A DNA stretch of 64,000 nucleotides, taken from contig CM060733.1 of assembly GCA_030704615.1 (NCBI GenBank), positions 62,248,001 through 62,312,000 on the forward strand, written 5' to 3'. Source of the DNA: Takakia lepidozioides (lineage: Eukaryota; Plantae; Bryophyta). A program made the translations under genes and the position numbers. The notes beneath the pieces were generated by a model. It saw nothing but the letters and a program-made list of their open reading frames with translations. It had not been told where the DNA came from and ran no database searches. This document shows, piece after piece, positions 36,293 through 48,619 of the stretch (position 1 is its first letter; every line of letters starts with the position of its first letter).

Positions 36293-39200
36293 ATGCCGAA
36301 GGGGAGGAAGCAGATGCGTCTACAGGAGGAGATTGCCATCTCCGAGCAGCAGGCCACTCAGGCAACCCAGCCACCAGTGAGAGCTCCATGCGATCGGGCT
36401 GCGCGCAGCTGATCGAGCACCGAACCCCCCATTTTGCTTCTGTAATTCTTAGACTGAATGCTAGGAGACTTGAATGCAGAACATGTTTGCATGCCTAACA
36501 GGAAAGGTGGACGTGCTGGAGGGATCGCAGGAATCCGAAGAGCCGCAGGAAGAGTCTCGAGGAGCTAGCTGCAGCACGTACACCCACCCGATCCCCGAGC
36601 GCGGGTATTCCTGCCGGGCCTAGCCCTGTGCGATTCAAAGACGCGTCTTCGAAGGGCAAGTTCAAAGCCCCAGAGATCGACTCGCGTTCTTCGGTCATGG
36701 AGAATCGCCAGCAGGGGTCGGGCCCTTCTCCAGCAAAGTCGAAGAAGAAGCAGCCCGTCCCTCTACTGGCTTCTGAACCGGCTCAGGCCGATTCACCCCC
36801 CCCAACGCGAATGAAGCAGCAGGGTAGAAGACAGATTCAATTGCAGCAGACACCTTCACCTGCAAGGATGAGGAAGCAGAAGGCAATCAGGGCGACGGGC
36901 GAACAATCTCCCGCAAAACCGCTTCCACGAGCTGAAGCTCAGTTCCTGGAGGATTTCCCGCCTGCAGATGTTGGGGCCGACTCTGCTGCAGCGAAGGCAA
37001 TGGGATCGACCGTTGATCTCGATTTGGTACCGGAGGAGGGTGCTGCCGCTCAACGTTCGCAGCAAGACCTCACCACCGATGAGCAAGCAGGCCCGGAGGA
37101 GGCCTCTGCAATGGCAGAATTGCCCGCAGACAGGCCCCAGAGTGCAGCTCCAGTTGAGGATGCTCCAGCTGCTCAGCCACTACCGGCACCTACAGACATG
37201 TCTCCGGAGGATTTCAAAAGTGCAGCGGATAAAATGTTGGAGGAGACACACAGTAGCATTGGCAGAGTTCTGGGCAGCAGGGTATTCCAGCGGACTCTTC
37301 GAATCCCACTCTGTCGCATGGTCTCCCTTCCCATCGTCAGGCAGGCCCTTCCCGGAGATGTGGATAAGCTCAAGTTCGCATTTCGAGAAGGGTACCGTCT
37401 GGGATCGGCAGCGTTTTACGTTTCCATTGAGAATGAGGACGGCGAAACTCGTGGACCCACTGCCGATGAATTGTCAACGTGGGATACCCACTGGCACACT
37501 CGCAACCACGAATTCGAGGCGACGCTGAAGGGTGATCCAGACTTCGGCCATATGTCGGGTAAAATGTTCTTTGTGTGGGACGGGAATCACCGACTTCTCG
37601 CCTGGTGGGAGTACATCAAGCAGAACCATGCCAAGCACATTGGCTGGCATTACATGGTGGAGTGTGTCATCCTGAAGGTGAAGGCGGCAGACTCCTCCCT
37701 GCTCAAGAATGCCATGGCGGACCTCAACTCGTAAGATACTCATACCCTCCCTAGCACGTTCGAAATGCGGTGCCGCATTTCGGTTTCCATTCTGGTTTGT
37801 TTCGTGCTTCCGTGTACTGAACTGGAGAGTGTGCCTTGCAGGGTCACTGAGAATGCGTACGTGCATACCCACATGGCACATATGCTGTACAGGGTGAGGA
37901 AAACTGGTCTCACTGATCCGCAGATGTTTGCGGAAATGCTGGAGCCCGAGCTCATTCAGAAAGCCGTTGCAAAAACAGACCGGACATGGTATCGTCTCAC
38001 TATGGATGGAATGGTGGAGGTGATATACGAAGTAAGTCGTCCTCCAATTTCCCTCTGCTCATCCTTCCCCAATTTCAGTAATGTTTCCACATGAATCGAA
38101 TGTAACGCTTCTGCATGTTTTTGTTGGCAGTCAAACATCAAGCTGGATTTGGCCCATGCCAAACGCTTCTTCATGGAAAGTGAGGGGCAGGTCAAAACGT
38201 TGCAGTCATTGACTGAGCACTTGAAGGAAGCCGGTGTCAAGTCCAGAACCAAATACAAGTCAAAGCTTGTGAAGCTGGTGGCAATTGCAGATCCGGCACT
38301 TGGAAAGGACTTCATCCCCGAGATTGCAAAACACTATTCTCGGGCCATGCAGCCGACCATGCAATTGGAGAAACTGCATCACCTCTCAACGGCATGTGTG
38401 GAGGCGAAAGAGAAGGTGAGGTTTCAATGCACTGAAGTTCCTTCCTAGCAATAGCCACTCTCTTCCAGCTCCTGACATTGGATCGGAAATGGCAGACACG
38501 GTGGCTGTCGATCTGGAATGCATCCGAGAGCATAAGGACAATGTGGTCTTTTCCACTCAAGTTTCCGACCCTGCAGTGGATGTGTGGCTCAACCGTATGA
38601 CTTGGTGGTTCCAGGTAATTCAAGGTACTTCCCCAGATTTGCTTTTCTGACATGAATTCCCTGAACTGCTACGTGACAATGCATTTGGGAATCGCAGGTA
38701 ATGTCGAATGCGAAGGAGCAAGTCGTAATGCACACAAATTCGTTCGGCTTGTACGTCAAATGGGATGGAACACAGACATTGGAAGACTACGTGACACGTT
38801 TCAGATGTGCGTACAAGGACAACCTTTTCGCCAGAGAGCTACAGACAGCAAGAAGGAGCGTGGAGTTTACACATCAGGAGGGAGCGGGGAAAGCTGCAAT
38901 GCGAATTGTTTACAGGTGAAGCACAGCTGCCCTTGTATGCGAAGCCTGGTTACGAGGTTTGTCTCGGAAATGCGGCACCGCATTCGCATTTTATGTTTTT
39001 GGTGGCACTCTGCCAGTAGGTTGGTCTCAACTTTTGCTCACGCATGCTGACTGCCTTGCAGGTATATGAAATACGTGCTCCTTCAGACAGGGGCCCTGGC
39101 TCAAGAGCCCCCGTTCTTCATGGCTTGGACCGTGGCGGGCCCAAGCTGTGTCTACACACCCGAGATGCAGAAACAATGGCATCCCGCGCATCTCGTTGGA

Positions 39201-40659
39201 TGCCCGTGGTACCTGGACATGTCTGGCGGTATTGTTGACGAGTCTGAGAAAGATCTGCACGCCTTGGCAGAAGAGAAGAGAAAGGAAAGACGTGTCCCTG
39301 CTTGGCCAAAGTCGGCAAAGGAATCTGCTGCTCTGGAAGAATCCAGAAAGGCAGCTGAGATGGCACAAAAGACGGTGGATGCAGCTGTGCAGGCCCAACA
39401 GAAGGGGTCGAAGAAGAGGACTCGCCAGCAAGGAGCAGCTGTTGTGACACCCGCCAAAACGAAGAAGCAGAAACAGCCTGTTCAGGAAGAGGGTGAGGAA
39501 GAGGACTCCGATGGAGACTTTGCAACCAGCCCACCCCCCCAAACGCAGGCTGCCTCCCCTGTGCCCACCGTTGTCACGAGAGGCACGAGAACTGGCTCGG
39601 CAAAGAAGGCACTCTTCAACCCCCCAGGGGGCACCCTTTCGAGCCGGTGGAAATGAAGAGGCCGAAAGTGGCTCCCGAAACAGTAGTCCAGTGTGTAAAT
39701 GAGAGTTTCTTGGCGGCTTTGGATGGACGGGCAGCCAAGTTGGCATACATGAAGACCATGGAGGGTCTGAAGGGCAGAGCACTGAAGAAGGCGACTGCCG
39801 AAGAGCCTTCCGACACCCCAGGATTTCAGAATATGGTCTCGTTCTTTGAGAGGGTGTGTGCAGACAAGGATTGTAGGAGGGGCGGAAATGCCACCGAGTG
39901 GTCTTGCGATATGATCATCTTGGATATTCCGGACGGAGAGCCTGTGGAAGGACTGCAAGCTTTGCCATCTTGGAACAGGTACTCGGAGGACTTTTGGAAG
40001 AAAGGATTCGGGCTTGCCCGCATGGTGTTGGACGACAGAGGCTGTGTGGTTGTCCTGGCGAGCAGAGGAAAAAACACTCAGACAGGAATTGCGAAGTGGA
40101 CCCGCAAGAGCGCCGTCCCGATTCTGAAAAAGAAGTGGACGTGCATCAACACACTGGGCCTTCGGTCGGAAGGGAAGAAGGTGATTACGACACTGGCACT
40201 CGTCCATTCATTTGCTTGGGTGTTTTCAAATGCGGTGCCGCATTCGGTTTCTAATCGTTTTCCCCCTGTGTATGCAGACGAAGCAGTTCGATGCATACTG
40301 CTTTGTGAAGGAGAACTCCACCTTTGCTTTCCGGAAGGAGGGAGGAAAGGTTGACCCGAACTGCGACCCACTCGATTACGACGTTCTGTTCAACAACATT
40401 CCCAAGGAACTTCTCCCTCATAGCCTCACTTCAACGGAACCCCTGCGGTACTCACGGACTCGGAGCCCTGCCTTCATTCAGACAATTATGGAGACATGCA
40501 CAGACGTGGAGGGCACAGTGCTCGACCTCATCTGTGGGACAGGTATGCAGAATCTTGATCTATGCTGTTCTGCAAATTCTCGTTAGGATGTAGTTCGCAA
40601 CATCTGAAGCGCCATGTGGTAATGTGTGGATGGCATTGTAACAGGTGCCTCAATGTGGG
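36293..40659 (+). pseudogene. Multi-exon ParB/Srx-like domain + beta-class N4C/N6A DNA methyltransferase-like fusion gene, copy B
   Basis: WDGNHRLLAW at ~37576-37605. Motif IV-like DMIILDIPDG at ~39908-39937. RSPAFIQTIMETCTDVEGTVLDLICGTG (motif X/I, ~40461-40542) is joined by phase-0 intron 40181-40277. Other GT-AG introns have donors at ~37731, 38032, 38416 and 38614. A few frameshifts; start codon tentative. Confidence 0.75.
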
Positions 40660-41159
40660 NNNNNNNNNNNNNNNNNNNNNNNNNNNNNNNNNNNNNNNNN
40701 NNNNNNNNNNNNNNNNNNNNNNNNNNNNNNNNNNNNNNNNNNNNNNNNNNNNNNNNNNNNNNNNNNNNNNNNNNNNNNNNNNNNNNNNNNNNNNNNNNNN
40801 NNNNNNNNNNNNNNNNNNNNNNNNNNNNNNNNNNNNNNNNNNNNNNNNNNNNNNNNNNNNNNNNNNNNNNNNNNNNNNNNNNNNNNNNNNNNNNNNNNNN
40901 NNNNNNNNNNNNNNNNNNNNNNNNNNNNNNNNNNNNNNNNNNNNNNNNNNNNNNNNNNNNNNNNNNNNNNNNNNNNNNNNNNNNNNNNNNNNNNNNNNNN
41001 NNNNNNNNNNNNNNNNNNNNNNNNNNNNNNNNNNNNNNNNNNNNNNNNNNNNNNNNNNNNNNNNNNNNNNNNNNNNNNNNNNNNNNNNNNNNNNNNNNNN
41101 NNNNNNNNNNNNNNNNNNNNNNNNNNNNNNNNNNNNNNNNNNNNNNNNNNNNNNNNNNN
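40660..41159. other. Assembly gap (500 N)
   Basis: Run of N. Confidence 1.
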
Positions 41160-42690
41160 TGTTTTCAACATGCAAATCGTGGTGCAATGGTTTGTCATGG
41201 ATACCACTGTACCCCTTCAACTTATTGGCATTGACTCTTCCCAGCATCTCTTTGTTAATGGTTTGTAACATGGCTGTGGTTGTTATCATACATCTTCTGT
41301 ATGACATAAGGTCCCTTCCATGGTGATTTAAGCTTAGAGGCTTTAATCTTCCCCTTCTTCTGCAACCAGAGAACCAAATCTCCCGTCTTAAAAGTCTTTA
41401 ATTTGCCTTCATCAAACTGTTCCTTCCTCTTCATCTGAACTCTGGTCATGTTATCAACTGCATCAGCACGTACTTCTTCCACAAGGGATAATTCATGTTT
41501 CCTGACCTTAATTGAATCTTCCAATTCCATTCTCTTTCCCCATGCAGTTCTCATGGTAGGTAACAAGAATTCCACTGGAAGTAAAGCTTCCATACCATAA
41601 ACTAATTGGAATGGTGTATACTTAGTGGTGACTTTATATGAAGTCCTGTATGACCACAAAGCTGTCAGCAGCTTTGTATCCCAATCCGTTCTGTTTGCAT
41701 TGACTATCTTAGCCAGATAGTACATAGTATTTTGTTGGTAGCCTCTGCCTGCCCATTACCCTGTGTGGGTAATACGTTGTACTCTTCCTATGCACAATCA
41801 TGAACTCTTTAGTCAATAGTTCAATGGTCTCATTAATGAAGTGACTTCCCTGGTCACTGATAAATTCTAAGGGACAGCCAAATCGTGTAAGTATGTTCAC
41901 ATCCAGGAACCTTGCTGTGGACTTGGCTGGGTTGTCCCTAAGAGCTTTAGCTTCCACCCACTTCGTAGTATAATCAGTGGCTGTAATTATGTACTTGTTC
42001 TGTGTATTCTTGGCCGGTGGGTTAATTGGTCCAACAAAGTCTAGTCCCCATTTCTGAAATGGTTCAGTAGGCATCGTAGGATGCAAAGCCATCTTCCCAG
42101 ATCTTTGCAAAGGTCCTAGCCTCTGACATTCATCACAACTTTGACAATACTTGTGTACATCTTTGAACAAAGTAGGCCACCAGTAACCTGCAAGTAGTAT
42201 CTTCCTATTGGTAGTCTCTTCTCCAAAATGACCTCCAGCCACTCCTTTATGAACTTCCTCCAAAACTTTATTTACTTCATGGTGGTACAAGCATCGTTTA
42301 AGTACTCCATCAGGTCCTAGCTTATACATTCTGCCCCCTACCATAGTATAAGGTAAAGCCTTGATAGAGATTCTCTTCCTCTGTTCCTTACCATAACTAG
42401 GTGGGCACTGACCATGAGTAAGGTAGTATCTGATTGGCCACTGCCAATCTAACCATTCATCTGCACTTCCTTGCACCTCCATTGCAAATAAACTCGCATC
42501 AGGTAATTGGTCGTTCTACTCCTGTGCGGGCTCTCCTGTTGTTGGCGGACAATTATGATCTGCCACAAGATTGCAAACGGCCAGGCTTGTAAACAAACTT
42601 CGAACTCAAACTCGGAAGATTATTAACCACCTTGCTATCCTGTCCACTTATCAAAGTTTGCTTCACCAGATATATCAGAGCCTAGTGATC
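41160..42690 (-). mobile_element. Ty3/Gypsy fragment G4: integrase (H2C2 Zn finger, core, GPY)
   Basis: ORFs 41709-42482 and 41255-41725. Motifs: HKGVAGGHFG..CQSCDEC, WGLDFVGP, WKGPY. Confidence 0.95.
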
Positions 42691-43064
42691 GGGCGAACTG
42701 GGGTTGCTATTCCATGAGCTCATTGAGCTCATGAGCTCATGAGCGGGCATGGCTAACCCATGAGCCGCAAAGTAACACACTTCGAATTTCGGCAGATTTT
42801 TTTCGGGCCAAAAACTATAAAATAATCAAAAATCGAAGATTTCCGCGCTCATGCTGGAAGCACTCCGCTCATGAGTACCAGTGTACGCTCATGACTTGGA
42901 GCCCAGGCTCATGGACCGCCAGGCCAGGTCATAGAATAACTGAATTCTGGGCAATAACGGCACCGAAATTATCCCAGAGGCAGAGACGCAAGCGGAATTA
43001 GGATCCGGGTTTGCAGACTCCGAAAACGCAATGGCGACCTATAACCGTGGATAGTACTATTGCA

Positions 43065-43430
43065 GAAGTGCAGGATGGTTGGGTATAACGACGCCGTAAT
43101 TGGGCACAGGAAAAGAAATAGCCGGCTGAAGGCTCGGGAGTGAAGCCAACAACGGTGAAAGTAATTGGGCTCCGCCAACCAAATACCCGGCTGCATCCTC
43201 CGGAGTGCAGGCGATAACGGCGCCGAAATGGGCCCCGGAAACCAAATACTCGGCTGAAGCCACCGGAGTGCAGCCGATAACGGCGCCGAAATTGGGTCCG
43301 GAAACCAAATACCCGGCTGAAGGCTGGGGATTGCAACCAATAACGGCGCCGAAATTGACCTGCGGAAACAAAATTCTCGGCTGAAGCTTCCGCACTCCAT
43401 GTAATAACGGCGCCGAAATTGGGCGTCGGA
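43065..43430. repeat. ~63-bp tandem repeat, each unit containing ATAACGGCGCCGAAAT
   Basis: About 5-6 units (aaatacccggctgaag...ataacggcgccgaaattggg). Confidence 0.9.
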
Positions 43431-43541
43431 GAGCAAATACCCGCCTTACGGTGAGGGAGGCCTTGCTCTCATTTTGCTCTTCACTCTTCTCTGTTGTGCC
43501 CATCTCCTCCCTGCTTTGAGTTCGTGCTGTGTCGTGAGGCC

Positions 43542-44093
43542 ATGTCGTGCCCGAATCACATCTATCGACGCCAGACGGGAGTCATTTTCCCGAAAGCAGA
43601 CGACATCATTGTCTTCCTGGATGTTTACAGGGACGATCCTCGACTTGTCCAGCTGAGAGCAATGGAGTTTCTTCCAGGATTGCACGATTCTCCTGGACCC
43701 CGGCTGGGGAGCAGGTGGTTCCTACGCATCATGGACCTGGACTTTCCGCATGTGTGGGAGCCGAACAGATCACGCACAGCGTTGCTGTATCGCTGGAATT
43801 GTTGCGAGTGGACGTATGATGAGTGCATAGGTGAAAACTTTACGCGTGGACGGACTGGCTCGGAAAGTGGGGACATTCTCTTCAGTTATGAGGATGAGGA
43901 GGAGGGGAACACAGGGCCCACTGTGAAAATGTCCTTCTACCAAGGGGGCGCTATCGATAAACACGACATCCTCGTTAGTTTCAACCGGGCGACAGAAACC
44001 ACTGACATTTTGTTCAAATATAGGCACCCGGTCACTGAGGAGGTCCTTGAGAGGCCAGTTCGAGTTCCTTCTTCTTGGGCGAGGGGACCATAG
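43542..44093 (+). CDS. Orphan intact ORF (~183 aa), possible cargo gene in MULE copy C
   Basis: ATG at 43542 in a good context (GCCATGT). Globular-looking composition, convergent with the transposase, no recognised motif. Confidence 0.35.
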   Translation: MSCPNHIYRRQTGVIFPKADDIIVFLDVYRDDPRLVQLRAMEFLPGLHDSPGPRLGSRWFLRIMDLDFPHVWEPNRSRTALLYRWNCCEWTYDECIGENFTRGRTGSESGDILFSYEDEEEGNTGPTVKMSFYQGGAIDKHDILVSFNRATETTDILFKYRHPVTEEVLERPVRVPSSWARGP

Positions 44094-44776
44094 GTCTTGC
44101 ATGCTAGAGTAGACATGTTTCAACTCGCTGACACTCATGGCACATACATTTTCATTCAGAAATCAAGCAGCTTCCCTGTGCCATATGGGGAATATACATG
44201 CTTGGATAATCTTCTGTTAAGGTTTTTTGCAATTCACTGCCAGTATGCTGGGACGTGTCCTTTGTCGTATGGATTGCTGTTTGCACAAGGTGCAGTATGC
44301 AAATGCTGGAATGTGCAGTAGGACCCTTCCCACTGGGACACAGAACTAGCAATCTTGTAAAGGCATCACATTTGCAGAACAGTAACAATGTATTTGTAGC
44401 AAATTGGAGTCTTCTCATAAAGGTGGACGAAAACGCCAGGATGGGCTGCGAAATCACTACAAATTGAATGAAGAGCAGTAACAAGGAAGCACTATGCAGT
44501 ACACAGACCATAAACGGCGCTGAAATAGGCCTCAATGCCCGTTAATCTCCACACAATGTATGCTTTACTCGGATCCATTTGTAGACAACCAAAATAAAAA
44601 AAGCATGCGCATGCCATTCATGGCCAAAAACCACATTCTCATGTATTGCGGCACCGAAATTCACCTGTAGCCATGGCGATGCGGCACCACCAAGTGTATA
44701 ATTCCTCACAAAAAAATAGGGTGCAAGAAGATGAATGTAATATAATTGCCACTTTCTCCTTCCCGAATGTGGAATG

Positions 44777-47700
44777 TCAAGCAGTCCGACCAGTATCCTG
44801 CCGTAGGGCCTTGTGCAGCTCGTTGAAACTCAGTGTTGGAGCATGGATGAAGACGTCCACTGCGGATATGCAACTCATGCGCTTCATAAAAATGTAATAA
44901 AGGTGTTTGCAGGGGACGTATGCTGCATTCTTCGATTCCATAACAAGGAAGTCCTCACAGTTGCAAGCTGGGTACTGTGAAACCGTGATTGCATACACGA
45001 CACTGCGCGCAGCAGACCCGGCTGTTGACAACTGAAATATGCGCCCCATCCCGGGGTGAGGAACATCCCTGCAACCTTGCACTATGCAGGGCATTGCAAG
45101 AGCGTTGGCCATCCTGGTGTCGTTCGCCTTTGTTGGTGGCCGCCGTCTTTTCAGTTTCCCCCACCGATGGGTGGGCCAAGCTGCGGGGTCACCCACCGGT
45201 ATGCGGGGCGAAGAGCTTCTCGTGGGAGGAGGATGACGATTGGGAATTGGATTTCGTGGAACGTCTGTCCTCTCCACCAGTCGAAACCCTGCACTTCCTA
45301 GAGCGTCTGCCTCCTCCAGGGTAAGATCTGTACCACTTGCCACAGGCCAGACTGCCGGTGGTTCAGGCATGCCTTGTACACCATACTTGGGCTTGCCGAA
45401 CACACACGACATGATGTCGTGCCTGCAGAACCAAAACTCCTTCAGTGTGGCCTCCACAAACTTTGCGCACACAAATCTCCCTGTGAAGCAAGGGGCAGGC
45501 ACACCGCCCTGCGGGCTCCTCCGAATCATCTCATTGCATCTCTGGTTGGTGTCGACACGAACAGCACAAACATTTGCCACGAAATGTCGACGGTGTCGTG
45601 CAATTCTCCACTGCGAGGCGACACATCTCGTCCACGATTGGAAGCGTATTGGGTAACAAAAACAGGAGCCAACATGCCATCCTCGGGCATGTTGTCCCGA
45701 GTCTGGCAGCGATTCCATGGAGCTGCAGGAGAGGGGGGTCCGAGTCCTGCTTCGTGGAAGGCGTGGGACGCAACATAGTTGCAACAAGGGTTGAGTGCGG
45801 ATGTTTCATATCTGATCTCCATGAATCCCCATCCCTCCGGGCATGTCCTCAATTCTTCTCTTCACCGGCCGGCTGCGGACATCGCCTCCAGGCAGTTCCA
45901 CCGACTGTTTGTAACGGCGTTGGACCTTATTGTTTCCCGCAAGCAGCAGGCAATTTTTGGGATAGGGTCGAACGATGCGCGCCCTCATCAGCATCTCTTG
46001 CCTGTTGTCCGATACCCCATTGCTTTCCTCCCAGAAACTGGTAGTAATGAGATTGTTGAAATGATGCCCCTCACAATATCTATGTGTTGCTGTCAACATG
46101 TCAACGAGATGGGCTGCAGAGGAAGCACGCCAGGAAGAGGCACCGATTCGGCCATGGTTCGTCGTCGGGCATATCCGTGTCATCCTCCAAGCTCAGTGAC
46201 CTGTTGAAGGAAATTAGAGATGTCACTGATTGTGCGAGAATGCCCAAGCACCAAACAGAACAATTGTCAAGTTAGAAATGTGGACCTGTCTCATGTAGTC
46301 TCCAAACGGCGGAAAATCTATAATGCCACCACGCAAGCCACGTTTGCAGTTAGGGCTGATCTTTCACCATCCACTACCCCTGTGAAGACACCCACCAGCG
46401 CGTATGCGTTGCAAACTCGCTCTCCGCATCGTCGATGGAATTCGCTTTTTCCATGCTAGGCACATACTGATATGATCCTGCCGGTTGGCGTGACGCCAAC
46501 GAACCTGTTAGTGTTTTGCGTCAAACTTGAATGAAGTGGAACCCGCAAGATCTCTCCTTCCTTCCATGGGAGTCTTTGGGGTCGTCCCCATATACCCTTC
46601 CTAATCTGCAGCCAGTTTGCATGGGCATTGTCAGCATGAAGCCCCTAAAATCGGGTGGGGGCACACTTGGCTCTCGCCCTTTGCCTCATTAATCCGCGCC
46701 ACATAGCAACTCCGAATCTGTGTCGTCTCCTTTCATTTCGCAGATAGCAATGGTCATCAACTTTTGCAATGTGGGTCGTAGACAGGTGCCACCATTGTCA
46801 ACCAATCGTGGTTGGTAATTCGCCGGATGTGGTCGAACATGACAACAATTTGAAAAGGTCTCCACTGGTCATCCGCTTCACCAAATCGACGCCGCTCCCC
46901 GGTCCGCACGTTGACATCTAAATATGAAGCACCTGTCGTCTCGAGCCTGACCAGGAAAGAAGCTGCCTTGGATGAAGTCGTAGCCGCATGTGCGCTTCAC
47001 TTCCAAGATGGAGTGCATGTCTGATCCTCTTCCGATTCGTTTCTTGCAGCTGACAATGTGGTTCCTGACATTGGGGCTGCTGCACACATGGGAGACAGCT
47101 TCCAGCAGGTCCTTCATGTCCCCCTCGCCCAGCTTCTCTCTTGTGCTTCCGTCCTCCGACATATTGCCAATTGCAATCCTATGTGCCGATGCGGAGCTGT
47201 ATCTGCTTTGGTTTTGCACCCGGCCTCAACCTCACCTCCTCCTTGATAATATCCTGGGCTTGGTTGAAAAGCGACTCTGCAATTGCCTCTGGCGAGGGGG
47301 TGCTCATGCTTTCCGATGTGAATGCATGCTCTGGTGCACGCTGGGACGACGGTCCCGACGTAGTAGTACTGCTTGGCGTTGCACACTGCCATGCACGTAG
47401 GGGCGCGTTGCAATGGGCACACTTGAACGTCCCTGCAGGAACTCTACCTTGAGGCCAAAATGGGGTCGACGAATGCCAATCCAGTCAGTCTCATTCCTGG
47501 TGCCTTGCTAGTGTAATGGTAACATGTGCTCGAGAAACATTTAAGATGCCCAACACACAATACATATCTCACTCGAAACTCCATCACCCAGGTTGGACGA
47601 TGAAGTTTGGTTGACACACCAAGGGTGGCCGTCATGGTTCCTGTTCATTCCTGCGAGCATGCCGTCTGGGCTGCGCCTGCTGGCACTGGAGGGAACTCGT

Positions 47701-48272
47701 AGATAGCATTCCCATCCACAACATCAGGCAAAGTTTCCACAGAATGGATTGGAGTTTTGTCGTAATCAAGCCTAAGAAGGTCACTGGTGCGGGAACCCGT
47801 TGTCTTCATCCTCCGCAATATGTCGATTACTGAGCGGACGGAAGTTGAGTCGGACGGTGTATGCTGAACACTCCTAGTGACGGACGACTTCGAAATATAC
47901 GATGGAAGGACCATACAGTCTTCATCGTCACTGGATAAGTCGTGGACGACTGTTTCCCTGTTTTCCTGGATTTCCCTTTTCACATATTTGGGCTTCTCTG
48001 CTTGTGAAGAGGTGCCCACATCCTTCACATCTTGCACGCCAGGACCCTCTTGTGGAAGGAGGATCAACCAAGTTCCAGCATGGGAACTCTTTAGGCACGA
48101 TTTCACCAATGGCACTGTACCGGATGGATTCAGAAGCTGGGAGCCGCCACTCTTTGCCTTTTCCGAAATCTGCATGCAGAATGACGACACTTTCCAGAAA
48201 ATTTCCATAAGCATCCTTCGTCTCCTCTTCCAAAAACACCGTTCCAGGGCGGAGCCCGAACTTCACACACAA
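44777..48272 (-). pseudogene. MULE transposase, copy C, many frameshifts
   Basis: SWIM motif CNCEDF..VPCKHLYY. Fragments homologous to copies A and B throughout. Same intron position (~46281-46201). Confidence 0.85.
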
Positions 48273-48619
48273 GTACTGCTCAATGACAATCGCAAATCCT
48301 TGGTCGCAGGGTATTTAGCTTTCAGAGAATCAGGATGGAAGTACACGTTGACCCAAACACGGAGTCCATTTTGAAGACGGGACCTCTCGGTACGCTCCGC
48401 AGCGAAGTCCTGCAATGAGAAGAGTGTGTCGTACCTAATAACACGAATGATTTTTTGGAGGATTCCGTATCCAACAGGATGGGTGATCAGTGCACGTGTA
48501 AAGATGAAGGTGTGTAACGTACGTTAAAAAACGGACGAGAACAGCAAGTTTACATCGGATATTTGGTGCATGAATTGTAATGTACAACCACTTGGGGTAC
48601 GATAAATCAGGCCTTCCCA

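Larger units (their letters stand above)
29343..40659. mobile_element. MULE copy B (most complete): TIR, transposase (-), palindrome array, ParB-methyltransferase gene (+); right end lost in gap
   Basis: TIR GAGGTTTACTATTTCATGAGC at 29343 follows the Gypsy target ...TGTGTAAG. CATGAGC subterminal repeats. Two divergent genes. Confidence 0.88.

Noticed and set aside
36628-40659. Prophage or bacterial contamination to explain ParB + methylase
   Set aside because: The gene has multiple GT-AG introns conserved among three copies and sits within eukaryotic TEs. No phage genes are present.
40528-41326. ORFs of 185-259 aa spanning the gap
   Set aside because: Artefacts of the 500-N run.
44777-48272. 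Programmed frameshifting in transposase C
   Set aside because: Numerous scattered 1-bp indels absent from copies A and B are more consistent with decay or low-quality sequence.
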